From Octopus bimaculoides (Eukaryota), in NCBI RefSeq assembly GCF_001194135.2, contig NC_068998.1, positions 2,393,548 through 2,457,547 on the forward strand: a stretch of DNA of 64,000 bases, in the 5' to 3' direction. Of this stretch, positions 27,988-40,611 are shown one piece after another. The position numbers and the translations under genes were made by a program. The notes below the pieces were generated by a model. The model worked only from the letters and a program-made list of their open reading frames with translations. It was not told the DNA's origin and did not search any database. The number at the start of each line of letters is the position of its first letter. The stretch's first letter is position 1.

Positions 27988-30900
27988 GTAAGATACTCAT
28001 TATTGTTACCATTATTATTATTATATCTGACACGGTTTCGTTACTAATTAAACAATTTATGTTGTTGTCTAAAGCTGTGTATAGTAATGTGGAAATGTTT
28101 TATTCTAAGTGACGATATTTTCGCTCTGCGACAAACTGTTTCATTTATAACAGCAGTCTACTTTTCTGCTAAATAGTCATAAAAATATACATGTACTCAT
28201 ATTTTGAGTTCTATTTTTACCTGTTTGCATCAACATAACCTATATATGTACTTTATTATTACTGAAGTTGCAAAAACATAAAATACTGCTACTCGGAGGT
28301 TCTCGTTCGTCGGACGGTTTAGACTGAGAATACACACACGCACAACTATTTATATGGTAGAGATGGACTATATGTAATCTGAACCTTTCCCCCCCCTTAT
28401 TTATTAATTTTTTGGCACCGTCATGCTATTAGCTGTCAGAAGTGAAAGTGCTCACTGCTAGTGAAGTATCTGTCTGTTACTGGCCTGTCGATTCTTTGGC
28501 TACTGACAGCTAATACCATGACTGGCCGGAGCGAGCTATATGTCTGTCTGTCTCTCTCTCTCTCTATCTATCTATCTATTACTCGAAAGTTCGCGCGTCC
28601 GCGCTAGCTAGTCGTGAGTAGAAAACACAAATTTAATATAAAAACATATTTCCTGAAATTGCAAATTATTTAAAATATAAAAATATAATTTTCANNNNNN
28701 NNNNNNNNNNNNNNNNNNNNNNNNNNNNNNNNNNNNNNNNNNNNNNNNNNNNNNNNNNNNNNNNNNNNNNNNNNNNNNNNNNNNNNNNNNNNNNNNNNNN
28801 NNNNNNNNNNNNNNNNNNNNNNNNNNNNNNNNNNNNNNNNNNNNNNNNNNNNNNNNNNNNNNNNNNNNNNNNNNNNNNNNNNNNNNNNNNNNNNNNNNNN
28901 NNNNNNNNNNNNNNNNNNNNNNNNNNNNNNNNNNNNNNNNNNNNNNNNNNNNNNNNNNNNNNNNNNNNNNNNNNNNNNNNNNNNNNNNNNNNNNNNNNNN
29001 NNNNNNNNNNNNNNNNNNNNNNNNNNNNNNNNNNNNNNNNNNNNNNNNNNNNNNNNNNNNNNNNNNNNNNNNNNNNNNNNNNNNNNNNNNNNNNNNNNNN
29101 NNNNNNNNNNNNNNNNNNNNNNNNNNNNNNNNNNNNNNNNNNNNNNNNNNNNNNNNNNNNGTATACCCAGATTACATATACTCCATCTCCACCATTTATA
29201 TATATATCGTTTGTAGAAAACATAAATCTGGAGAAGCAGACTCTAAGGTGTAGAGCAGTATGTATTCTCTTCTACTCTAGGCACAAGGTCCCAAATTTCT
29301 GGGAGGGGGGGGCAGTCGATTAGATCGACCTCAGTATGCAACTGGTACTTAATTTACCGACCCCGAAAGGATGACAAGCAAAGTCGACCCCGGCGGAATT
29401 TGAACTCAGAACGTAGCGACAGACGAAATACCGCTCAGCATTTCGCCAGGCGTGCTAACAATTCTGCTCAACTCGCCACCTTAGAGAAGTATATATTAGA
29501 AATGCGGAAGGCCGGTTTATGGGACTACTTTAGGTTTCCCGTCCGTTAAAGGGTTTAGTTTTATGGTGTATCGTCAGACCCCAAAACCTGTTGGCTTATG
29601 ACCTCTTCAAAATATTTATAATTAAGATCTAAACTGTTAATATATAAATGCAAAATAGTTGAATAACTGAAAACCTGCTTTTGGGCCACCCTATACATAT
29701 TGTTTATATTTGGGGATGGTCATCTTTTTTTTACCAAATAAACACACGCAGTCCAGTGACCGAAACAGGTAAACGGATTTTTAGAAAATAAAAAAAAAAG
29801 AAAAACCAAAATATATAACCGAGGTAGGTTATAAAAAAACTTTCAAGAGATTTGGCTGTTATTTCTAGCATGTCGAGAGACCTAGGCTTAACTTTACATT
29901 GGGTTAAAAATCATCTAAAACAATTCTGGGGTCAATACATTCAGCTAAAAATTCTAAAAACGAAGAAAAACCCAAAAAATATAACTGTGGGGCTTTTGTC
30001 TGGATCCCGTATGTAAAAATTTGTCTCTTCTCTAAAATTGCATTCGAAAAAAGACTCATATATATTAGTATTCACCCTTAGACATCAGAAAGATCAGAAA
30101 TGCACCAAAAATTTTAATGAAAGAGGATCTTGGAAAAATGGCAGATGATATGTATAGCCTTAGTTCTGTTGGTGTGATGCAGCCACTCTGTGCTAAGTTC
30201 TTGGGAAACCATTTGGTGTTGACAGCTTTGACTATTGTTTCACAACATGTCTCTTATGCGTATGATTTCATTTTGCACCTATGTGGCTTTTGCTCTGGTA
30301 GTCAGGGCTGACTTGTATACAAACAGGTTCCAACCACCTGCATTTCTGCAAAAATTAATATTGATGGAAACGCAGCAGAGAAATGGTGCACACCAGTCCG
30401 TCCCTGAAGAAATTTCTATCAAGGAACGATATCACAGATAGCATTGTAGGGTGCACACTCACCAATATGGAGGCCCTCTTTATAATCAAATTGAAATCAG
30501 CCATTAACAACAGGTAGGAGCTACACAAAGCAGAGTTGTAAAAGCAACACCAATCTGCGCATGTCACTTTCTTTCCCTTTCTCCTTCCTCATTCTTCCTC
30601 CACATATCTGAGCAATAACTTTTCCCAACAACCGCTTTTTCGAAACGTTCTGAATTAGGGATCATAGCCCTGAACTGCAGAAATATAAGGTAAAACTGCA
30701 ACCATTTTGTTTTCTTTATTTTTTGTTCTGGCTTTACACAACTGATGTGTGTGTGTGTGTGTGTGCACAGAATTTTTAACGTTAGCTTTGAAGGAAATTG
30801 AAATAATAGCAAATACTTATATTTTTAACTCCATTTTCTATTGTCTTGTTGGATGGTATTGTCTTTTCTTTCCTCTGTATTCTCTTAAGCTTGCTTCCCA

Positions 30901-33316
30901 ACCCCACGGCTCCAGGTTCAGTCTTCTACTATAGCCTCAGGCTGACCAAAGCCTTGCGAGTAGATTTGGTAGACGCAAACTGAAAGAAGTCTGTTGTGTG
31001 TGTGTGCGTGCATGCGTGTGTTTGTGTGTGTCTGTTTGTCTGCCCACTATCACTTCTGTCCCCATAACTTAGGAGTTTGGCAAAAGAGACTGATAGAATT
31101 AGTACTAGGTGCACAGAGAATAAGTCCTGGGGTCGATTTCTTTGACTAAGCAACCCTTTAAGGCGGTGCCCCAGCATGGCCGCAGTCAACAATGACTGAA
31201 ACAAGTAAGAGTAACATACAGAGATGTATTTCAATGTGTGCAGGAGAGAGAGGGGAGTGGTGGCACAGCGACAGCCGAGGAAGTGGTTGGGTCTTGCAAG
31301 AGAGGCTTTACCAGATGAAATGAATCGACCGAACAAGACAAGTGTAAAAATGAGTGCAAATGTATGGAGAATTAGTGTTGTTTAGTTACCTTAGTAACTA
31401 AGTAGATACTGCTGGCATGGGTTGGACGGTTCGACTGGGGTCTGGGAAGCCAGGAGGCTGCCCCAGGCTCCAGTCTGATCTGGCAGTGTTTCTACAGCTG
31501 GATGCCCTTCCTAACGCCAGCCACGTTCGGATGGCGCTTTTTATGTGCCACCGGAACGGGTGTGACAACTACAATTTCTATTTGATTTTCATTTTGATGT
31601 TGATGTGCTTGACTCAATAGGTCTCCTCAAGCACAGTAGGTTGCCCTACGATCCAAGGTACTTTTGAATGGGCTGGGGCTGGTTATGCGAAACTGATGTA
31701 GGATACAGCCATGAACTCGATTTATTTGCTGGGTCTTTGCAGTCACAGCATATCTCCAGAGGTCTCAATCTTTCATCATTGCCTTCGTGAAGGCCCAACA
31801 TTCGAAGGTCCTGCTTCACTACCTCATTCCATGTCTTCCTGGGTCTCCTTCTACCCCGGATTCCTTCCACTGTTTGGGAGTGGCACTTCCTCACACAGCT
31901 GTCCTCATCCATACATAACACGACCATACCAGTGCAGTCATCTCTCTTGCATACTACATTTGATGCTTCTTATGCCCAACTTTTCTCTCAGGGCGCTTAC
32001 ACTCTTTTGTGTGTGCACACTGAATTTACACATCCAGTGAATCATACTAGCTTCATTTCTTTCGAGCCTATGCATGTCCTCTGCAGTCACAGCCCATGTT
32101 TCACTGCCGTGAAGCATGGCAGTTTGCTCACATGCACCGTACAATCTACCTTTCACTCTGAGCGAGAGTCCCTTTGTCAGCAGCAGAGGTAAGAGCTCTC
32201 TGAACTTTGCCCAGGCTATTCTTATTCTAGTGGTAACACTCTCTAAGCATCCACCCCCACTAGACTCGGTCACCTAGGTAGCGAAAGCTATCAACTACTT
32301 CTAGTTTCTCCCCCTGGCCCCTGGACTGGCTCATGTGCGGGTGACATGAAATCTTTCGAGCGAGATTGTTGCCAGTGCCCCTGGACTGGCTGTTGTGCGG
32401 GTGACACATGAAATGTTTTGAGCGGGACGGGATCGTTGCCAGTGCCCCTGGACTGGCTCATGTGAGGGCGACACATGAAATCTTTCCGAGCGGGATCATT
32501 GCCGGTGCCCCTGGGCTGGCTCTTGTGCGGGCGACACATGAGGTTTTTCGAACGAGATCATTGCCAGTGCCCCTGGACTGGCTCTTNNNNNNNNNNNNNN
32601 NNNNNNNNNNNNNNNNNNNNNNNNNNNNNNNNNNNNNNNNNNNNNNNNNNNNNNNNNNNNNNNNNNNNNNNNNNNNNNNNNNNNNNNNNNNNNNNNNNNN
32701 NNNNNNNNNNNNNNNNNNNNNNNNNNNNNNNNNNNNNNNNNNNNNNNNNNNNNNNNNNNNNNNNNNNNNNNNNNNNNNNNNNNNNNNNNNNNNNNNNNNN
32801 NNNNNNNNNNNNNNNNNNNNNNNNNNNNNNNNNNNNNNNNNNNNNNNNNNNNNNNNNNNNNNNNNNNNNNNNNNNNNNNNNNNNNNNNNNNNNNNNNNNN
32901 NNNNNNNNNNNNNNNNNNNNNNNNNNNNNNNNNNNNNNNNNNNNNNNNNNNNNNNNNNNNNNNNNNNNNNNNNNNNNNNNNNNNNNNNNNNNNNNNNNNN
33001 NNNNNNNNNNNNNNNNNNNNNNNNNNNNNNNNNNNNNNNNNNNNNNNNNNNNNNNNNNNNNNNNNNNNNNNNNNNNNNNNNNNNNNNNNNNNNNNNNNNN
33101 NNNNNNNNNNNNNNNNNNNNNNNNNNNNNNNNNNNNNNNNNNNNNNNNNNNNNNNNNNNNNNNNNNNNNNNNNNNNNNNNNNNNNNNNNNNNNNNNNNNN
33201 NNNNNNNNNNNNNNNNNNNNNNNNNNNNNNNNNNNNNNNNNNNNNNNNNNNNNNNNNNNNNNNNNNNNNNNNNNNNNNNNNNNNNNNNNNNNNNNNNNNN
33301 NNNNNNNNNNNNNNNN

Positions 33317-33391
<75 letters not shown>

Positions 33392-36300
33392 ATTTATTAG
33401 GTCTTCACTTTAGCCTTATCATTATTATTAGTCTATCATTCTTTCATCCCACATATTATGACCTCTTTAGCAACTTTCTGTTCCTTGTGTGTTCACTTAT
33501 TGCTAGTCTTGTCCTGTCTGTTTTGTTTTACCTTTCTGTTTGTACATGCATTTACGTCTATGTGTGAGTGTATATAGGTTTGTATATCACTGTTTGCACC
33601 TGTCTTTTATTATTTATTCAAAACTTTTTCTTGTTCTGCCTTAGTTGTTGGGTTGCGGGGTGTGCGGAGTGGGACATGGTTATAACTCACTGCAAGTTTT
33701 CTTATGAGACTTGGCCTATTTTCTATCATGTATGTGGCCTCTGTAATCTGAGTGTGGCTTCTGTTTTATGAGACAATAAGATTTTAACATCTGTCATTTA
33801 CTTTTATATCCATGTATTGGATATATGATATCAGGGAAATAAAGTATATACATGACGCATTGCTATTTTTTATTACATGAGACTCAACGCTCTATATCAA
33901 AGGCTCACAGTGAACTGCTATCAATACAGACCTACCAATCGCCCACAGTCAGTCCACTTTTTAGTCACTTGGTGGGTGGTCAGTCGGAATCCTGCCACAA
34001 CATCTACCAAGCACACTTGTTTTAGGTTAGCCTGTTGATATAGCAATGGCAAGCTTTTCTCCTCCTTGAGTCCCCGCCAGTCTTCACTTATCCTCTGTCT
34101 CTACAATGTGCATCCTCTTGTTTCTGCACCACCACCACCACCCCCTCTGTACTCCTTATACTACAGAATGCATTTCTAGTTTTGCAGTTTATCCATGGCC
34201 TTACTCTTTACACTATACAATTCCCATCACTACAGGGGCTTCTTTCAAATGGGTATATTCCAGAGATCAGGGATTTTATGGGAGTTCCTGGTGTTTCTGC
34301 CTGTAAACATTTGACCTTTACTTCTAAAATATTGGCATTGGCCCTCTGGCACCCTCAATTGTATCTTCATGAACTGAGGTATTTCGGATTGCAAGACAGT
34401 GTGTGAGAGAAAATTGTGATGTCACAGGAGACAAATGTGTCCGCATGGATGATGGTGCACTTGATTTTAATGATTCGGAAAAAGAGTCTTGGAGAAGCCA
34501 TTATGAAAGACTGCTGAACGTGGAGAATGAATGGAAGGAGGAGAGCCTGCCAAATGGTGACCCTGTAGACTCTACAGTGTAGAGGGACCAGCTATCCGAA
34601 TAGACAGTATCCTGGTAGATAAAGCAATTAAGGGTATGAAGCCAGGAAAAGCCCCCCAGCCCATCAGGAATCACTGCTGAGATGCTTAAAACATCTGGTG
34701 GTGTGGGTTATGGCCTAATCACCCGCATTCTAAACCAGGTAGCACATAAAAAGCACCCACTACACTCACGGCATGGATGGCGTTAGGAAGGGCATCCAGC
34801 TGTAGAAACACTGCCAGATCAGACTGGAGCCTGGTGCAGCCTCCTGGCTTCCCAGACCCCGGTTGAACCATCCAACCCATGCCAGCATGGAAAACGGACG
34901 TTAAACGCTGATGATGATGATATATATATATATATATATATATTGAGCAGATTGGAGCCTGGGGCAGCCTTCTGGCTTGCCAGCCCTCGGTCAAACTGTC
35001 CAACCCGTGCCAGCATGGAAAGCGGATGTTAAACAACAATGATGATGATGATTGCATGTTAACTGCTCAGGCACTCCATATGTAAATGACGATTAATGTC
35101 TATTGCTGTGTGTGTGTGTGTGTGTGTTTAAGAATGCTGTCTATAGTGTAAGGTGTGCAAAGGGACAGACATAAACAAGAATATCCATCCAGTACAATTG
35201 TTCTCCGCACCATTTGTGGCACTGCATGGAATGGAGAGTGAAAGTGTTTCATATCACTAGTTAACTATAGGCATAGGTGTGGCTGTGTGGTTAGCAAACT
35301 CCCTTTGCAAACACATGGTCTCTGGTTCAGTTCCACTGAGCAGTACTTTGGGAAAATGTCTGCTTCATTGAAGGAATGTGCTCGTGTGTGTGTGTGTGAG
35401 AACATGGGGTTTGTGTGTCTTTGGACTTTTTTCTTTGCTTTTATATTTAAGGTCATATTTTCTTCACTTTGTTGATAGCATTAAAATCTGTTTTCTTTGT
35501 AGGATCAATTCTTGTTTGGACATTATTATTGAAGGAATTCGATTCTTGAAAGATCTCCACATTGAACCTGGGTCTGCCAAGGACCACTCACAACTTGAAA
35601 CATTTGACCAGTTACAGGAGACGTTTACACATTATTTCACAAAAGGCTCTGCTGCCGAAAGAACATTCCAGGATGTGGAAGCTTTCAAGAAAATGGTTTC
35701 TGTGGCACAGTCACAACCTAATGCTCAGGTGAGCAATTCTAACATTGCTTGATTGGAATGGTGGTAGTGGTGGTGTTGCTGTAGTGGCCACATAAGATCA
35801 CTTCCTACTTCGGACAGTTCTGGATATAACAGAGTGGTGGCATAGTGATGACTGTGGTAGTGTTATGGTAGTTGCAATGTTAGGAGATAGTAGAAGTATT
35901 CAGCTGCTAATTTAAGGTAAAACAGGTGTATCTGTTATTAACTCCACTTTTTGCGAAATGATTCTATTTTGGTAAACTATCAAATATTTCTTTAACTCTT
36001 CTTTTTTAAAGCCTCCTTAAGATTCATTTCTTTTTAATTTTCTATTTCCAGAAATATTTAGGTGGAAATGCTTTGTTGATGGCCAACAAAATTGCGTCGA
36101 ATTTTCCTGAGGTCAAGGTATGCTACATTTTCTCTCTTATTCTATCACATGTCACTTCTTTTCTTCCGTTTTCTGGGGTTTTTTTTTTTTTAATATTCCT
36201 GCAAATGTTGACTTGTAATAATTCTAAATGGCGTTAACAACATCCTGCTCATCTTCCTTAGAGGTTCTGCAAAGGCCATGAGCACTACTCCTTCTTCCAA

Positions 36301-39300
36301 ACTCAAAAATTTGTTTTGTATTCTTCTAACCCTTTATCTCTCTCCCCAGGTGCAATATGTTGGTCCCATTGGCCCCATTGTCCGAGAAGCGATGCCTCAA
36401 AACATTGACGTCCCCAAAGAGAGCTTGCTGTCAGAGGATGAGGTTCACCTGATACTGGAATACAAAATAGGTGATGTGTGGGGCAATCACACCAGCATTG
36501 TGGCTAACCGTTTCATTCTCAACAACAACTTAGCCAACCTCAACCAAGCCCTCATGAAATTCTTTTTCAGTTCTTTAGAGATTTATCAGCCAGAGTTGAT
36601 AGTCTTCTCTGGTTTGCACACATTCTCAGCACAAGATCTTGAGGTCAGTCAGAGGAAGGTTAAAGAAATTGCCACACACTTCCAGATGCTCCCTATCTCT
36701 GTTCCTGTACATCTGGAACTGGCTAGCATGACGGAACCAAACTTTGTCATAACGTTGCTCAAAAAGGTCAGTGATATATTCTGTTTTCTACCGCTGATGT
36801 CCTTCGTTGTTCTGAGTTTGGGTCTCAGTTCTGTGAGTCTATGCNNNNNNNNNNNNNNNNNNNNNNNNNNNNTTTTTTTTAAGAATGCAAGGCGGCAGGA
36901 TATTCTTTGAGTCCATTTGTAGTCTGTTAATGAATGTTTTGTAAAACCAAACAATACGAGTCATGTAAAAAGATAAACATTAGATTGTTGTTTATTTCAA
37001 GGAAAGCTATAGTAAAACGGCATTCCAGTTGTGACCACCCCACCTTTATTTCTTTCCCAAGTATAATGTATCTGGGATCACATTATCCTCTGTCATCTAT
37101 TTTGTTACATTAAGACAGTAGGGTGTAGTTTGAGAGAGAGAGAGATTGTTTTGTTGTGGCAAGCGTCATTGACACCCTTGGGGGATTGGAAGAATGGACA
37201 AGCCAAACTCTTATAAAGAGTAGCAGATTCGTTGAGACAAGAGGTGTCGGTAGGAGTTGTTGAGAGGCTGTTTTGGAGACTTGCGAAGTATGCCGTGTGA
37301 ACACATTGATTTTAGCTCTGCTTCATTAAATCATATATCCAACGTTTGTCAAGGATATAAAATATTTCAAGCAGGCTGAACAGCTGTGTAGAAGCTTGTG
37401 TGGACTGTGTGAGGCTGTCTGTGGGGACATGAGCAAGAATTGGGTGAAGTATGATCTATTGAGTCAGGGACTGAGTCTCAAAGAACTTTAATGTTTTTTA
37501 TGGAAGAGAGGTTTCTTTGGAATCTGAATAGTTTCTTGTTATTTTGCAGCTGATTCCACTGGTTTCTTCACTTGGCCTGAATGAAGTGGAACTGGCACAG
37601 TTGTCGTACCTAGGCAAAGGACCTCACACCGAACACGGCCCTTCTCTCACATCAACTGTAAGTAGAGTTCAAAACTGTTGTTTGATTCTGGTTAAGGAAT
37701 TGAATTTTTTTTTTATTATTATTACAGAAAATCTCAAACACAGGATAGCTGTGAAAAAAAAAAGGCTTAGAAGGTTGGGTAAATAGCCTGAGAAGATGGA
37801 GAAAAAATGGCCAAGAAGCTGCTACAGAGAATTGAACCCTGCACATTTCAAATTCAGGCCAAGTGCTCTGTACCATTAAGCTAAGTGACCCCTAACTTAA
37901 GGATACAGACAGCTTGGCTGGGATTTGAAAGGTATAGGGTTCAATTTTCAGTAGTGACTTTCTGGCCACTTCTTTTCTGTTCTCTAAATTTATCACAGCT
38001 AACCTGCGTTCAAAATTTCTTTTACTTCCTGTAAAATGCCAATTTACTTGGTGCTTCTAAGTTGGTTTGTAAAAAATGTTAATTGTCTTTCTTTTTTGAT
38101 CTATAAATATCTAAAAATAGATATTGATCTTGTTATCAAGACAATCATCGTGTAAATATTACCAACGAAAGTAACTATTAATAATTAAATATGCGAAAAT
38201 GCATCAACTATTTCAAATCAGTCACAATTTGCATTTTATTAATCCAAATTAACTACATTTCTTGTCAAGAAAGACGAGAAATGATTCTCACTGTTTTGTT
38301 ACTATAATTCTTCCGTCCAACCCATGGACGGGTTATTTCCCCTGGACCAGAGGATAAATGGGAGCTCGGATCTCTTACATTAAGGTCTCATATTAGCCTA
38401 AGCAGCAAACAAGGATTGATGTGGAGATAGTTTTAAAGGAAAACTAAATTTACATGACATCTAAGATTTAATTAACAAGTATTATAAGAAGTGAATATAG
38501 ACATATATGGTGGGAGTGAGAAGAGAAACAGCTTAGTGGGTAGTATATTGAACGACCAACTTGTAAGTTGGTTGGAGGTATTGTGTTGGATTGCTAGATA
38601 GGACTTGATGTAGTGTTCTAGTTCACTTTGGAGATGGCAAAAGATGGTGTGTGTATGTATGCGCTTGCGTGAGCCTGAGTTTACTAAGAAGACAGAAACT
38701 AGTCAATATAATAATAGTGGAATTATTTGTGATATTATTACTGGTTTTCCATTTAACAAGATTGGTGATAATGATTTTAATGCTATAGAAAACCAGATAC
38801 GAGGACACATTAGGCAATGTTTTAAGGGCCTGGAATTGTAAAAGGAACAAATAACCCTCGTATAATGGCTCTCCTTGGTTTGTCCATTTCACTTTTGTTT
38901 TTTGTTGTTTTTTTTTTGCAGGTGTAGCATGTAAGTGCAGTTCTAATGTGCATGTATTTAAACAGCCAAGTTGTTATTCTGTCATCTCATTGCAGGACAG
39001 TTCTTCAGGTTTTGCTGTCAACCAGCCAGAAATCCATAAAGTCTCCGACATAATCTTGTGGTTATTAAAAACCTTTGGCTACTCCAAAAAGGATTTCCCT
39101 GCATCCCGACTGACTCGCATTCATTTCCACTCCTTGACTTACCACATTGTAGGGGTCGTACCTGAAGCCTGGGAAAACAGCGAGTCAGCAGCGGCTGCTG
39201 GCACTCAGATAGCAGGGCGGCAAGCTTGTAATACCGAGCGGTTGGTGTCTGAGGATGTGAAACTAAAGATTCCGGAAGCATTCCGCCTCCATTCCAATGC

Positions 39301-39478
39301 CAAACCACGCTCTCTTGATGAGAAACGGCCAGTGATCTCATGGGATTTGGAAGGGTATCACTTTGTCTTCAGCCCTGTTCTGGTCTGTCAACATCCCAAG
39401 AGGACTGTCGGTTTAGGTGACGCAATCTCGTCTACGGGACTGATGTACTCAACTTTCAAAACTAAATATCGACTATAA
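27767..39478 (+). CDS. ADPGK: ADP-dependent glucokinase, complete, 6 coding exons, 506 aa, N-terminal hydrophobic signal/anchor
   Basis: Exons 27767-27987, 35503-35728, 36052-36117, 36350-36766, 37550-37657, 38996-39478 (1521 nt, phase-consistent). Motifs: AWD..IKPP..RVSVGINSCLD, KGSAAERTF, GGNALLMA, HLILEY, VHLELASM, SLGLNEVEL, LTRIHFHSL, RTVGLGDAIS. Confidence 0.96.
29270..29481 (-). mobile_element. tRNA-derived SINE (Pol III A/B-box head, conserved core ...catcctttcggggtcggtaaattaagtaccag)
   Basis: Minus strand reads ggtggcgagttgagcagaat...gttctgagttcaaattccgcc; related copies near 23350-23540, 47700-47830, 56030-56240, 61110-61350. Confidence 0.75.
31620..32300 (-). mobile_element. RTE-clade LINE fragment, C-terminal part of the RT ORF, frameshifted
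   Basis: VDSFRYLGD..SGGGC..SVTTRIRIAWAKFRELLPLL...LHGSETW...; then RLHWYG...GRRRPRKTW in a second frame. Confidence 0.9.
32313..32586. repeat. GC-rich minisatellite, ~58-67 bp unit (gccagtgcccctggactggctc.tgtgcgggtgacacatgaaat...), at least 4.4 copies, running into a gap
   Basis: Units start near 32313, 32371, 32438, 32501 and 32563; the array abuts the RTE fragment. Confidence 0.85.
34376..34745 (+). mobile_element. RTE-clade LINE fragment (region preceding RT), frameshifted
   Basis: VFRIARQCVRENCDVTGDKCVRMDDG...WRSHYERLLNVENEW...VDKAIKGMKPGKA-SPSGITAEMLK. Confidence 0.85.
35503..35728 (+). CDS. ADPGK: ADPGK exon 2
   Basis: ctttgtag|G ATC...CAG|gtgagc; INSCLDIIIEG...KGSAAERTFQD. Confidence 0.95.
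36052..36117 (+). CDS. ADPGK: ADPGK exon 3
   Basis: atttccag|AAA...AAG|gtatgc; KYLGGNALLMANKIASNFPEVK. Confidence 0.94.
36350..36766 (+). CDS. ADPGK: ADPGK exon 4
   Basis: ctccccag|GTG...AAG|gtcagt; VQYVGPIGP...EVHLILEY...VPVHLELASM. Confidence 0.95.
37550..37657 (+). CDS. ADPGK: ADPGK exon 5
   Basis: ttttgcag|CTG...ACT|gtaagt; LIPLVSSLGLNEVELAQL. Confidence 0.94.
37817..37892 (-). pseudogene. Degenerate tRNA-like sequence (tRNA pseudogene or SINE head) in ADPGK intron 5
   Basis: Minus strand GGTCACTTAGCTTAATGGTACAGAGCA...GCAGGGTTCAATTCTCTGT has A- and B-box spacing; anticodon and acceptor stems pair poorly. Confidence 0.4.
38996..39478 (+). CDS. ADPGK: ADPGK exon 6 (terminal)
   Basis: cattgcag|GAC...TAA; KVSDIILWLLK...LTRIHFHSL...SPVLVCQHPKRTVGLGDAISSTGL. 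An alternative acceptor at 38965 is possible. Confidence 0.94.
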   Translation, partial: DSSSGFAVNQPEIHKVSDIILWLLKTFGYSKKDFPASRLTRIHFHSLTYHIVGVVPEAWENSESAAAAGTQIAGRQACNTERLVSEDVKLKIPEAFRLHSNAKPRSLDEKRPVISWDLEGYHFVFSPVLVCQHPKRTVGLGDAISSTGLMYSTFKTKYRL

Positions 39479-40006
39479 TAGACTACAAGTTGCTAGAACT
39501 TCTTTAAAAAAAAAGCAAACAAACAAAAAAAGCAACTGTGATTATTTAAAGAAGAAATTTAATATTCTTAAAAAAAAAAAACCCTACCATTTTGTAAATA
39601 TGAGTGTATATATTGTTGGACTAATGTTTGGGCTGAATGAATATTTGTGGTATGACTTGGTGTGGTGTATAAATAACTTTTCTATGTTGGTTAAAATTTT
39701 TATAACAAATGGCATCCTTGAGAAATATGTAAATAAGTCTTCGACGTTTATAGAAAATTTATTCTCATTAATTGTTAGGGATGGAAACAATATTAGGAAT
39801 AGAAGCAGTCTTAATTAATACCAAATGGTAATCGTTGGATCCAAATTAACATGGAAATCTTGTTAGAACATCAAACACTGTCATTAACCATGAGAGATCC
39901 TCTCATGGAGGCAGTTTTTATTGAATGGTGATACTTAGAAGTTTGTATTTGTTGCTTTGCCATGAACGTGTAGTGTTTGAGAGAACTGAGCTACAGAAAC
40001 ACTTTA

Positions 40007-40228
40007 CCCTTTCGTTACCATCCCAGCTGAAACCACCTCTGGCTCTGCACTACAAATGTCTTGTTTTCATAAGCTTTAAATTAAAATCTTCCACCAAACC
40101 TTAGTCGCAATTTATGATTCTAACACTAGCTGAATGATAACCAAGTTATTTTACTAAATTCTTTGTTATATTTAAAATTAATTGAAAGAAGCACAGAGCA
40201 TCTCAACAGAAATATGGTAACGAAAGGG
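40007..40228. mobile_element. piggyBac-like MITE
   Basis: Perfect 14 bp inverted termini CCCTTTCGTTACCA (40007-40020) / TGGTAACGAAAGGG (40215-40228); flanks TTTA / TTAA. Confidence 0.8.
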
Positions 40229-40462
40229 TTAAACAGATCTCCAGAGAACCTTTGTCCCGTCCACTCTGTATACAAAGAAGTTCCATCTTAGCCTCCGTGT
40301 GTTGATATATTCTCTTGTAGTCATATATTGAGCAGATTTAGTTGTCCCCAGAAAGTGGGGTGGAGTAACAAATGTCCAAACACCACACTAAAGGCTTTAC
40401 AATATTCAGTTTCAAACCTCTAGCTTCTAGTTTCAACTCTTCCTTTTTTTCCTTCCTAAGCT

Positions 40463-40468
40463 AATAAA
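40463..40468 (+). terminator. Candidate ADPGK polyadenylation signal
   Basis: AATAAA about 1 kb after the stop codon; no transcript support available. Confidence 0.3.
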
Positions 40469-40484
40469 AGACGTACTTTGATCC

Positions 40485-40611
40485 TGTACCAGTTATATCC
40501 TAGGATCAGCTATATTCTTTACATATGAAGTATGTACCAGTTATATCCCAGGATCAGCTAGCTTCTACTCTACATATGAAATATGTACCAGTTATGTCCC
40601 AGGACCAACTA
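40485..40611. repeat. Tandem repeat, 48-51 bp unit (tgtaccagttatatcc.aggatcagcta...), ~2.5 copies
   Basis: Units start at 40485, 40533 and 40584. Confidence 0.85.

Noticed and set aside
32313-32586. Regularly spaced GC-rich repeats superficially like a CRISPR array
   Set aside because: The inter-repeat segments are homologous to each other rather than unique spacers; eukaryotic context and no cas genes.
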